Assembly (NCBI RefSeq): GCF_963921235.1
Contig: NC_086123.1
Location: forward strand, 11,284,001 to 11,348,000
Reading direction: 5' to 3'
Length of the DNA stretch: 64,000 bases
Origin: Mobula hypostoma
Lineage: Eukaryota
Under the pieces are notes generated by a model. It searched no databases and was not told the origin of the DNA. It saw nothing but the letters and a program-made list of their open reading frames with translations. Each line of letters starts with the position of its first letter. The stretch's first letter is position 1. The position numbers and the translations under genes were made by a program. Shown here in pieces: positions 37,700 to 49,019 of this stretch.

Positions 37700-37940
37700 A
37701 ATTGCTATTTTTTCAGTTGATAGTAATGCTTCAGAGAGGAATATTGACAAAGATACAAGGAGTATTCTGGTCTTGGTAAATTATATCATGGAAGTTAAAT
37801 CTCACAACCAGAATAACAGGGTCTCAATGTAAGAGCTCACCACTGTTTGGCATCCTTCTTACAATTCTGGACTGAATGCCATGCCTGGCTATATGCTCAT
37901 GTGATGGTGTGCTTCTGGGACCAAGAACTTGGAATCAGCT
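37700..37940 (-). mobile_element. Ancient Deu-domain-like SINE relic
   Basis: Spacing of AATATTGAC..GATAC..GGAG / ATCATGG / GGGTCTC..TGTAA..GCTCA / GGACTGAATG.CA.GCCTGG.TATATGCTCA resembles antisense AmnSINE1/SacSINE1; recognised by eye only. Confidence 0.4.
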
Positions 37941-38067
37941 CTGAATGCAACAAACCTTTTTTACAAGTACAATGTGTACCTGCACTACGGAGAGGTTGCA
38001 TTGCTAGAAAATCATCCGTATTGCAATTTCCTCCAGTGCAAGCTCTCTTTTCCCATGGAATCAAATC

Positions 38068-38333
38068 GTGAGGAAAAACTTCTTCTCACAGAGAGTGGTG
38101 AATCTGTGGAATTCTCTGCCACAGGAAACAGTTGAGGCCAGTTCATTGGCTATATTTAAGAGGGAGTTAGATATGGCCCTTGTGGCTAAAGGGATCAGGG
38201 GGTATGGAGAGAAGGCAGGTACAGGGTTCTGAGTTGGATGATCAGCCATGATCGTACTGAATGGCGGTGCAGGCTCGAAGTGCCAAATGGCCTACTCCTA
38301 CACGTATTTTCTATGTTTCTATGTTTCTATGTT
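38068..38333 (+). mobile_element. CR1 LINE 3' end
   Basis: RKNFFSQRVVNLWNSLPQETVEA; (TTTCTATG)n tail. Confidence 0.92.
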
Positions 38334-38414
38334 ATAAATGGTGATAGATTCCTACTGGAAGTTTTTCTCTCTACAATAATACTCAGTAAGTATGTAGTTT
38401 AGAGGCAAGGAAGT

Positions 38415-38665
38415 TATTTATTTATTATATACAGAGCAGAATCGGCCCTTCGAGCAGCACCACCCCGACAAACCCGATTTAACCCCAGTCTAATCATGGG
38501 ACAATTCGTAAAGACCAATTAAATTACCTGGTACATCTTTGGACAGTGGGAATGAACAGGAGGACGGGAGAAAATCCACACATTCCAATGGGAGGACGAA
38601 AGGATTGAAATCTGAAGCCTTGAGCTGTAATAGCATCACACTAACTACAATGCTACCATGGAGCC
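38415..38665 (-). mobile_element. HE1/V-SINE-like SINE
   Basis: GGCCCTTCGAGC..TAATCATGGGACAATT..GACCAATTAA..TCTTTGGACAGTGGG; homologous to 56325-57185. Confidence 0.7.
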
Positions 38666-39410
38666 CCTGATTGTATTGTAGGCAGAAGAGACAGGGTTGT
38701 TATCTTAACTAACTGGAAATCGATGTAACATTGTTTGATACAGTTTTCTTGTACAAGTATCAATAGGAGAGATGCCTTGTCAGTTTCCAAAGCAAATCTC
38801 TTAAGTTGTCTCCTGCCTGTGATTGTTGTCCCTTACGAACTAGTTCAGTTCTCTGTAAATATACTGTGTTTTTTCACATAAATTCCATCAGAACAAATTT
38901 TTATTTTGCAGTTCAAATTTTTTTGAGTGATTTATCAATTCTGTAAGGGCGAAATTCCTTTACCTGAAATGTGGAATACACTGACGATTTTCAGCAAATG
39001 AACACAGATCTGAACACCACCTGAAACAAATAATATTAGTATCAGCAATAGTAACCAGAAAAATACTGAAAACTCTGTGATGTAAACCGATAAAGCCACT
39101 GTTGACCTCAATTAAAAAAAAACACATTATCTTCATTACCTTTTATGATTCTGCCAACGTTGTGGGAGTTGTCAATGGTAAGGCAATGCACTGATTTGGG
39201 CGTGAAAGGGATGTTAAGTGGAAGAGCAAAAATTGATCCTTTCCTGAACACTAAAAATCAGAATTGTTCTCCACCTTAAATATTCCCTGAAATTTAAAAT
39301 CACTTAATATTATTAAAACTTAAGAAAACCTGAAAAACTTTAAATACTTTAAAACATTGAAAATCTAAGTTAGCAAGCCATATGACAGATTTGGGGAAAA
39401 GACATATTTA

Positions 39411-39509
39411 TGTCCTGACGAAGGGTCTCTGCCCGAAACGTCAGCTATACCTCTTCCTAGAGATGCTGCCTGGCCTGCTGCGTTCACCAGCAACTTTGAT
39501 GTGTGTTAC
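39411..39509 (+). mobile_element. PLE-derived short insert starting with a hammerhead core
   Basis: GTC-CTGACGA-A-GGGT(CTCT)GCCC-GAAA-CGTC; the downstream arm matches 13290-13352; candidate TSD ATATTTA (39404-39410 / 39512-39518). Confidence 0.85.
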
Positions 39510-40924
39510 ATATATTTAAAATCCTTTTAATTTACTGACCAAAGGGAAGATTTTATTTTTAAATTTATAGCAGGCATTTCCTGAATCTCTAGCAGATATT
39601 TCTTTTCATCTAAACTAAAATAAAACTCATCTTCTCAGACCTAGAAACAATCTTAAGGTAGCTAAAGGGTAATTGGCAAAAGTTCTTATTGAATTCCATG
39701 TTCAGGGCAGCAAGAGCACGGCCCCTGAATGTTTTGGCGGAAAGCATTTATGCTGAAATTACAGTTGATACTGGGTTCACATTGTCAGGTTAGTGAATAC
39801 CAGTCAAATTTTTAACATTAATCCTACAGCTCATCAGGAGACATATAAGGCTTGATTATTCAGGTGCTTTTTAGAAGCAAATTTGAAATTATTTTAACTT
39901 TTTATTACAGCAATATCCCATGGGGAGCATAAATGTTGCCCGGTTTGCACATGTTGAAATCATTGCACTGAGTAGAAAGAAGAAGAGAATTTACCTCTGC
40001 TCTATAAGACTTAATGAATCCTCTTTTCATCTGACATATATCTGTAGCTATCCTCGTGTTGATAACGCCTTGCCAAAAGGAGTGCATGGGATTTTTATTT
40101 GCTTGCTTCAGGGAGAAAATAATCATTCTCATGCGTTACTGGCATTGACGTATTATCTTTTCAAGTAAGGTAAAAAGAAATAATAACAAAGATTAAATGA
40201 AATATGTAGCATTGGACTGTTGCTAGGGAGTGCCACCTCCTAGTATGAATAGGATTATGGGATTAATTTTTAGCTTTTACTCTGTACATATTTTTGAAAT
40301 CATTCACACCTCGAGGGATGACGTGAATATGACTCATTAAGAAGTAGTAATCTTTTCAGGATGCTGAGTTTGCTAATCCTTTACTTGCTGGTGACTTTAA
40401 CCTTGTTTAGTATGACCTGTTGCCAAAGCAATAGTGTTTTACCTAAATTTGCAGTTGGCACCTGACTTGACAGCATGCACACCACAGATCTTCTAATTAG
40501 CTGAGTGCATTCACACCCTGTAACATTAGTAGCTGGAACATCAGTGGCATGTTTGAGGACAGAAAGTGAGCAATCAAGGGCCTAATGTTGAAGTGTAAAG
40601 TGTGACAATGCCTTTTAACAGTGTATGTAAAGTGAGGAACAATCTGGCATCTACCCTGAATAGACAGATTAGTAAATAAAGCTGCTGGATTTTGTGCGCA
40701 TAAGGGAAGGGGTTCTGACAACATATATGTGACTATTGATCTGAGTACGCTGGAGTATGCCTATTATCTACTGATGACTGAAAGTTTTAAGTCGCCCAAC
40801 TAAATGTTCAGAATCAGATTTACCTCGGTGATGTGAATGTGTTGTTTTACAGCAGCAGGACGGTACAGAATTTAATCTAGACTGGCATCTGCGCTAATTC
40901 CTTTGGAAAAATATAATGTGCAGT

Positions 40925-41300
40925 CAGAGGTCGCGCGAGCCCAGAAGTCAGGGCCCGGAGGGCAAACCTGTGCTGTGAACCCTGGAGTAGTCGGAAGTCG
41001 GCAGTGAGTCTGAGAATCCGGGGACAAGGAGTGGAAGCCCAGAGGTGGTCTGGCCTGGGGCTGGAGGTCTGTCTGTGTGTATGAGTGGGTGAGCGTCTGG
41101 GTGGGAGGGGTGGGAAAGGGCCTTGTTTTGATGGTGGTGCTGTTGCTTGTGCTGTTCTGTGGAACGTTGTGGGGTTGCTATGTTGGTGCCGGAATGTGTG
41201 GCAATGTTTGTGGGCTGGCCCCCAGCACATCCTTGGTTATGCTGTTTGTTAATGCCAATGATGCATTTTCACTGCATGTCTTAATGTGCAAGTAACAAAA
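40925..41300 (+). mobile_element. Non-autonomous retroelement 3' portion
   Basis: GC-rich body, GT-rich 3' part and GCATTTTCACTGCATGT...AACAAA Rex-type end; abuts an antisense (TCAGAA) tail at 40808-40925. Confidence 0.5.
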
Positions 41301-41599
41301 CACGGACGAGTGAATGCTGTCGACTTGTTAGCTGAGAGGACTGAGGCCACCTGGCAATCAGAGGGAAGACTGAGGTAGCAAAGCCTCAAACCTGCGATAT
41401 TTCTTACTTCACTGTGGAGATTTATTGACTGACCTCAGAGAACCCGATGATGATTGAGGCAACATGGGATGTCTAAGAATATGGCAGCTCCATGGTTCAG
41501 GATATGAAAAAGATTTTAATATACTGTAAATTATCAGAATGAAATTAAGATTTTCTCTTTATAACTATAGGATAAGCTGAGGGGGAAACGCTTAATGTT

Positions 41600-42070
41600 C
41601 AAAATGAGTCCCTGAATGATCAATACCCAGGCCAATATTCCCAGAGTCAAGGTCGCAAATTGGCTCCCTCCATTGCTGATATAGTCAACACTAGACTCCT
41701 GAAACAGGCTTCCATTCTGAGCCCAGTCCCGGAGAGAATTGACAGCCAGATGGAGGGTGATATTCATGGAGGTGCTCAAAGCCTATTAAAAAAAAAGGAT
41801 AATTCTCACTGTTTCATGGAAATCCTCAGCCCAGGACCACACAAAGTGGAGAGAGAAGGAATATTCCAGATGGTCCTGAGAACCTTGAGACCATGCCTCC
41901 AGAGTACCGAGAAGTTCTGTGCACAGAACAAATTTCCTACGAGTCACCACACTCCTCCTCTGTGGGGAACATTGCTGTTCCTATATTGGACTCATCAGTC
42001 ATCTTAGAATCCACAAAAGTGAAGTGCCAGCAGATTGTCCTCAACCCCAAGGGACTGTCTCAGAAGGTGG
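41600..42070 (+). mobile_element. Degenerate RTE LINE 3' end
   Basis: CGEHCCSYIGLISHLRIH zinc finger (compare 26800-26850), with WE.L..D..KW-like sequence upstream. Confidence 0.7.
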
Positions 42071-42164
42071 AGACAATACGCTGTATAATGTATCAGCAGG
42101 GTACACTGAAACCCCAAGCAGCAAATATGCGTTTACTCACTCTCACAACGTAATGGATGGGGAG

Positions 42165-42560
42165 GAATTGGAGTTAGTATTGGCTGTGGTTTATTATTGT
42201 TATATGTACACAGGTACAGTGCAAAACTTGTTCGCACAGATCATGACATGGTGAACTGAGTTAAAGCAAGGTAAAACAATAGTAATGCAGATTAAAGTTT
42301 AACAGCGGAAGAAAAAGTTCAGTGCAGATAAATGATCAAGTGCAAGATCATAACAAGGTAGAGTATGAGGTCAGGAGTCCAATTCATCATACCCCAGAAC
42401 TAATTAATACCCTTATAAGAGCCAGGTAGAAGCTATCCTTGAGGATAGTGATTCATATTTTCAGGCTTGGTGTCTTCTGCCCGATGGAAGAGGGGAGAAG
42501 AGAGAATGTCCAGGTGGGTGGGGAGTTTGACAATGCTGGCTGCTTCACTGATGGAGTGAG
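42165..42560 (-). mobile_element. Rex1-type LINE 3' end
   Basis: Antisense P.HSLFSPLPSGRRHQ.LK..T.ILKDSFY plus the tail shared with 5495-5700. Confidence 0.7.
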
Positions 42561-43861
42561 AAGTATCGGCAGAATCGATGATGTTGTTTGTGAGGGGAGA
42601 TTTTAGAAGCTTGTCCTGTCCTTGGAATGATTAGTAACAGTGGCACCGGCAGGCAAATTTTCTGCTTGTCTTCCTGACCAAGCAGAAGGGTTGAACGTGT
42701 AAAAGTGGAGAGTAGAGAAAACGTCTGGCTGTATGTTCCAGAAACCATTTCTTGTGCTGTAAGACAGAAGTCAAATTATGAAATGATGGGACAAGGCCTT
42801 TAATTTCCTTTGTATTTTTCTTAAAAATTACTATTTGTGTAACCTCTATAAGTACATATGTGCGACCTGGAACTGACAGGCTCCAGATTTTAATAATCTT
42901 GGCCCCATATGTGACTTGAAAAACACATGATGGCTTGGATGAAAAATGAATGTTGCAATCAGTATTGTAATTTATTTCTCGGAGGAAAGTGGGAACATTT
43001 TTCACTACTGTTTATAAGGATCAAGGTTGTAAAAACATTTTGTACTTTATGTTCTTTCTTAAATAGCACTAATTGTAGGAAAATTGTGATTAAAATGCTC
43101 AATTCACTGAACACAGAATAGTTACAGCTGTTAATTAATTGACTCTGATCCAGCCAGAAAGTTGTGAGTTTAAGGTCTGAAATTTTCAATAGCAGCTCAT
43201 TTCAGTGATTGGGGTGGTGATGTGGGGTGGGATGAGGGGGAGGATAGGGGCTGGTGGAAAGAAGTCTCTGGAACACCAGGAAAGTGATAGATTATCAAAG
43301 GAATGAGGAAAGTGATATTAACCATATGTTACCTATTTAAAGTGGACCTCCCACCCCCTCAATGTGAAGCAAAATTGAAGAGTTTAGGTCAGCTCATCAT
43401 CGCAGGCTGGCTTGAACAGGAAACATGACGAAAAGAAGGCTGAAGAAAATTCAGTTAACCATTAAAGCATCACTCGCTTTACTAAAATAACCATTAGTGT
43501 GCGGGGCTACTTCAGTTACTCGTGAGGAAAGTTACAATTGTTCCATCTCTGAGCAATGCTTGAAGGGAGAGGTTCGGGAAACAGATGGTGGTGGAGACAG
43601 GATTATCTGCTCTTCTGGTAACCATGAGAGAAGTGTGACTGAAGTGACACTGCTCTTGTAATCAAATACCAGAGTGCCAAATCACAGTAATCCTGCGCCT
43701 AATGATTCCTGAGGGCTGTTGTCAATCTTCACCTTCTCTTTCTCATCCAATCTTGCTTGAACTCTCTACTGCTCCAAGATTACCTTGATTCATTCCTTTT
43801 AATGACACCACCAAGTGCCTTTAATCCTTCTTATCCCCAACAATCTTCTTCAAGTTTTCAA

Positions 43862-44158
43862 GTCCACCACCCAAGACATGCTCTCTTCTCATTATTACCA
43901 TCAGAGAGGAGGTACAAGCCTGAAGGCATACACTCAATGCTTTAGGAACAGCTTCTTCCCCTCTGCCATCAGATTTCTGAATGGACAATGAACCCATGAA
44001 CACTATCTCACTATCTTTGCTATCTTTTTGCACTACTTAATTAATTTATATATTTTTTAAATTATTATCTTAATTTATAGTATTGCACTGTACTGCTGCC
44101 ACAAAACAATACATTTCATGAAATATGTCAGTGACAATAAATCTGATTCTGATTCTGA
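43862..44158 (+). mobile_element. Rex1-type LINE 3' end
   Basis: HHPRHALFSLLPSERRYK..FRNSFFPSAIRFLN; (TCTGAT)n tail. Confidence 0.85.
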
Positions 44159-44470
44159 TCCTGGTTTATTTTGTTAGGCTTACATACCTAGGGTATTAAG
44201 TGCCTTGAAGATGATCTTTTTGTAACAGTAGCACGTTACAAACAAGACAAACAAAGTGCATAACTTAAATTGACATAAATTATACATAATTTATAAACCA
44301 AAATAAACAAAAGTAAACTTAACAACTTTAGTGCAAGGGAAATGTAGTCTGAGGTAGGATTAAAGTTTCTCAGCTTGGTTCAAGAACATGATGGCAATGG
44401 AGAAGAAGCTGTTGTTGAACATTGCAACTTGAGTCTTTAAGCTCCCAATGGCAGCAACGAGAAACTAACT

Positions 44471-44647
44471 TCAAATGCTGACATCATACTTTGAAAAGCC
44501 ACTGTTACTTACTAATCCTCTTGTAGTAGTCTTTACATCAAAGATCTTACGGGCACCAACAAGAAGATCAATTGAAATGCTGCCATCACACTTTCCAAAG
44601 CCATCCTTGTTTACTGATCCTTTCATGGTAGCTTCTACATCAAAGGT
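44471..44647. repeat. Diverged direct duplication, 75-bp units with a 102-bp period
   Basis: 44471-44545 and 44573-44647 align without gaps at 56/75 nt. Confidence 0.8.
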
Positions 44648-46832
44648 CTCACAGGTAAAGGGCTCTGCCATGCTTTTCCAAGTGCTTGTTGTTGATTATT
44701 TGAGATGACTGTACATGGAGCAAGTTTGATGTATAACGTTCTTCTGTTTCTGCCCCAGTGATTTGCACTTGAACATTCGTCACAGAAAAAATCACTCCTG
44801 TGTCTGAACTCTAATCACTTGCATATGGTCCAGATGGTATCACGCTGAGCATCAGAAGATAACTCTTTAAAAATCAAATATGTAATGTAAATGAAGAAGC
44901 CTAAATCATAGCAAAGTCAGTCAAACAGAATGGGAGTTTTAAGAGAATGATAATGATAGAAACTTTCATTTTCTTGTCAGTCTATTTGCTGGTTATAAAA
45001 ACTTTCCTGTCTTAGATATCTATTTTTTTTAAAGGGTCATAGTTAAAGAAGGTATCCTTGCATGCATGTTCTGTCAGAAATAACAAGCCATAATGCTGTT
45101 CATTCTTGCAATTCATGAGTATTTATGCTTTATTTATTTAAACTTTACGACATTCTGGTTCTGTGAAATGTAAGGTACCACTTTTTGTCACATGCCTAGA
45201 GGTGAATGAAAATAAAATGTACGGTAAAAGAGTAAGTATTCAAGCCTGCGTTTTTTCTGTACATTGCAGCTTTACTAAGAAGTCGATGAGTCTGCAATTA
45301 CCCAATTAGCTGCCATTTACTCAAAGTATGGTTAAAATCAGCAGAAATAATAATTAAGCCTTTCAGCTGTTGTTCCACATTTTAGGATCTACTTCTGAGA
45401 AGTGTTAAAAGAAAAACACTTGGAAGACTTGAAATGCATATTACAGGGAGGAAATAAGTGTGCATCAGCGTTCTTTGGCTTCTACTCAGTTCTGGAGTCA
45501 GTATTGTAAATATTTTCCTTCCTTGTACATGATTAGACTGATAGGAGGCCAAGTATCTTTTTTTTTCCAGCTGAGATGGCTCGTATCTGGTGGGAGACAT
45601 TGCTACAGCTATTAATAGTGAGAGGCGTAGATTTGGTGGGAAGAGTCAGACTCTGCCCAGGGTGATGATGCCACCCATCAGAAAAGAGGTAGATTGTGGC
45701 AGATGAAGACTGTGCCAAGAAAATGTGGCGCCAGCTACATAAACATGCACAGGAATTAAAGAGCAAGACAGCTGTAGCATGATAACATTTACAAAAGGAG
45801 AAACATCAAGAAATGACAAATGCATCATTGAAACTTGTAAAGTACTAACAGCTATTTCTGACCTTTTTTTTCCACTTAGTTTCTCTCCAGACTCTATGAT
45901 GTTTTTGAGGAGGATGCCCCTAAGTGTAATGTAATGACTGAACGTTCCCCTCATATAAGACAGCGATAGACTTCATTCTGATTCAGATCCTGAACATTTA
46001 AAATCATACGGACTTGATTGATCCGAAATGCATAAAGAAAATTATTCTAGTGTTTTGACTTTCTTGACTGTAGGGTTAGATGAAGTTATTCCACTGTCTC
46101 CATTGATTTCCCTGTCAGTGGGACTAGATCACTGAAGTCCATCACAGCACGTCGAACACCATACAGGCAGAAATCTCTACTAGCTACAATTGCTGACCAT
46201 TTCAAACGTGATCTGAATAGTTTGATGCTTTGATCAACTGAGCCACAAGACGTCCCACAAAATCCAAGGTAAATGTCATTACACCATTCCTTTTTTAAAG
46301 AAATCACGTGATATAGCTTTCAATTTTCTTATCTTAAGAAAGGAAAAGTTGAAATTTGAGAATAATAAACTTCCTGCTTAGAAATGTTCTAAGGATTGTT
46401 TGTAAATTCGTAATAATTTATGCTGCTCCAGATTTTTTCAAAACATTACTTCCAGTTTTTCTTTGGGTAGCAATATACAACTTAATCATACTTAAACACA
46501 GTAGAGCAGTCTTGATGGGCCAAATGGCCTAATCCTGCTCTGATGCCCTATGTCTTATCTATGTAGTTAAAAGTCTTGCTTCTATTGCCTGTCTGGCTTT
46601 TTGGGAATTGAACTGGTTGGGGAGGAGAAAAACCCAAAAGCAAAGTACTGTAGATGTTCAAATTCATCTGAAAAGCTCTTGCTAATTTTTATTTCTTCTG
46701 ATATGGGCACACTGAGGGTAGGATTGAAGAATGGACGACACTGGTAATTCTCGATGAAAATAATGGGTTGAAATTGGTAAGTTCTTACAATGTGTATCCT
46801 TTGCCTGCATGGTTCCTTAAGGTTGTTATATT

Positions 46833-47385
46833 CAGGGGTGGTAATGGGGACGAGCTCCCACTAAATATTAAGTGCTCCCAATGGCGTGTGCCTCAAATAG
46901 CCTCTGAAAACCAAGTCCAGCTCCTGCCCTTCATGTGTGACTTAGCTACTAAGCCCAGTGGAACCATTCCTACTGACAGGAGAAGGAGCAAAGGCGTGTT
47001 ACTGGCGCCTTAAAACCAGTTGCTTTGGGCAGGTGGGGCTCATCAGTCGTTGTTGGCAGCTCATCTAGAGGATAATACTGATCTCAAACCTCCTCTGCCT
47101 TGTGGCTACACTCACTCATGAGGAAGGCTTCGGGAGTAAACCCTGAGGGAAAAATCCGGATCTGGAGTCCTTAAGGCAGTCCTACATTGAGTTCAATGCT
47201 GACTGGCAAGTCCTCCGATGTTTCTGGTACCAAACTGCATCGGACCCTGCTGTTCCTTTGGGTTCATCAGATACATGGAGAGGGGGAGCTTACTACATGG
47301 GCAATAGCTTGATCTCCATATCATACTCCCCAGGCTAGACAGGTAGAATGCGATATCCATGGTCAATTCTGACCGACAGAGGCCA
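46833..47385 (+). mobile_element. Non-autonomous RTE-related element (5'UTR-like head plus RTE-type tail)
   Basis: GGCAGCTCATCTAG..CTGATCTCAAACCTCC is RTE 5'UTR-like; the 3' ~170 nt are homologous to the SINE body at 27255-27435. Confidence 0.65.
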
Positions 47386-47435
47386 TCGAACTTTGAAAGT
47401 TAACCAAATGAATCACAAGTAATAATCTATTACGC

Positions 47436-47517
47436 CAGGGCTTACTGACCTTTTTTTTTTGCCAGGGACACCAACTATTAACTGAGAAGCCCATGGACCC
47501 CAGGTTGCGGACCCCTG
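47436..47517. mobile_element. ~80-bp hAT-like MITE, copy 2
   Basis: CAGGG...ACCTTTTT..GCCAGGGAC / CCATGGACCCCAGGTTGCGGACCCCTG. Confidence 0.6.
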
Positions 47518-47875
47518 AACTAAGCAAACAATGCTGACTCACCTGAATGGACCATTCATATCAATGGCCATCATATGTGAAAGGATTATTTGATTAAAAA
47601 GTCCATGAGGTAAAATTCAACCAATAAGCAACCAGCAGCTACTGGAAAAATAAACTATTTCAGATGGTGAAAATCAGCTGCGGTTTAAAACTGGTCTCAC
47701 CTTGACAGAGGCAGTTCATAAAAGCACTAAGTATCAAACATGAGAAAACAAATCATAAAGATAATGCTATAACTTACTCAGGTCACCTCCAATATTAAAA
47801 ACAGACTAGAAACATCACTACGGGCTAATAAGTACTGGAGGAGCCATGCATTTGTTTTCTATCTGTTTTTTATTC

Positions 47876-48106
47876 TGTGTAGGACGTTTATTATGTGTAT
47901 TATGGTAACTAGTCACGTGATTGGGGGCGTGGTAAAAGAGAAGGGAATAAGTTACATATTCGTGCTTTGTTCTGGGCTGTTTAGATTGGAGCTGGGGACC
48001 GACGAATGTCATATCTTTTGTTGATTCAGCTACGATTAATAAATCTTGAAGTTTCATTGCTTCAAGATAGTATGTTTTGCTAGTTGCTAATAAAGGATCT
48101 AATACA
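47876..48106 (+). mobile_element. Solo LTR (231 bp)
   Basis: TGT...ACA termini; 4-bp TSD ATTC/GTTC (1 mismatch); promoter motifs followed by AATAAA. Confidence 0.65.
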
Positions 48107-48309
48107 GTTCCTCAACTTTTTTGGAACATCATTACTGGAGTGATGGGAAGGCTACAAGGGTAACAACCCTTGCTGGGTTGCCAGCAGCGGCAATTGATTT
48201 GTTACAATTGGATGCTACGAGTACAATATTCAGTCAGTTGTTGCTCTGTTGTGGCAAATGTTAGGCCTCAGGTATTGTCAAGCAAAAGCACATCAATCAC
48301 TCCAGCCTT

Positions 48310-48425
48310 TGTTGTTGTTGTTCAGTTGTTAAGTTGAGTCCGACTCTTCATGACCTCATGAACCATAGGACTCAGCACCATCTTTCTCGAAGTCCAGTGC
48401 TGATGTTACTACACCATCAGCGGCT
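48310..48425 (-). mobile_element. Short tRNA-head + BovB/RTE-tail SINE
   Basis: Minus strand: TGGTGTAGTAACATCAGCACTGGACTTCGAG..ATGGTGCTGAGTCC (same head as 4433) fused to CATGAGGTCATGAAGAGTCGGACTCAACTTAACAACTGAAC-(AAC)n. Confidence 0.75.
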
Positions 48426-48705
48426 CTGGCCTTAACTTTTAATCTTTTAATTTCCCCAAAATGGAAAGGCATAGACATTTAAGGATCTTAATAATGTGCA
48501 CAACCAACTACTAATGCTGAGAATCCTTACTGTAGCAAAGCACAACTGATGTCCTGTTGTATCAGTGCCTCACTTCTAACGTACTTCAGTGCCAGACTAC
48601 CTGAAGTTCACATGAGCAATGAGTGTGTTTCATTGGTCAAATATTCCACATACGCACCGGTGATAATGATTGAATTGGTCCTTTCCTCTATACGTACCTA
48701 CTGTA

Positions 48706-49019
48706 TGTTCAAAGTTCAACATAATTTTTAGTATCAAAGTACATATATGTCAATATATACAACCCTGAGATTCATTTTCTTGTGGGCATACTCAATAAGC
48801 CTGCAGAATAGCAACTATAAAAGAATCAATAAAAGACAACCCAATCTGGTGTTCAACCAGAGTGCAGAAGACAACAAACTGTGCAAATACAAAAAGAATA
48901 AATAATAATAGTAATAATAATAAATAATTAAGCAATAAATATCAAGAACATGAGATGAAGAGTCCTTGAAAGTGAGTCCACAGGTTGTGGGAACATTTCA
49001 AAGTGAAGTTGAGTGAACT
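48706..49019 (-). mobile_element. Rex1-type LINE 3' UTR (host of the CR1 at 49020; resumes 50063-50092)
   Basis: Antisense of the 1355-1601 tail. Confidence 0.75.

Noticed and set aside
44471-44650. Selenoprotein reading of conserved TGA codons in the 102-bp repeat
   Set aside because: The same frame contains TAA stops, and no SECIS is evident.
46119-46268. 150-nt candidate exon (TTCCCTGTCAG ... AAG/GTAAAT)
   Set aside because: Stop codons in all three frames; a non-coding exon cannot be supported without transcript data.
46833-47200. HDV-like ribozyme in the RTE-like head
   Set aside because: Only partial hairpins are visible; I could not assign P1/P2/P1.1 by eye.
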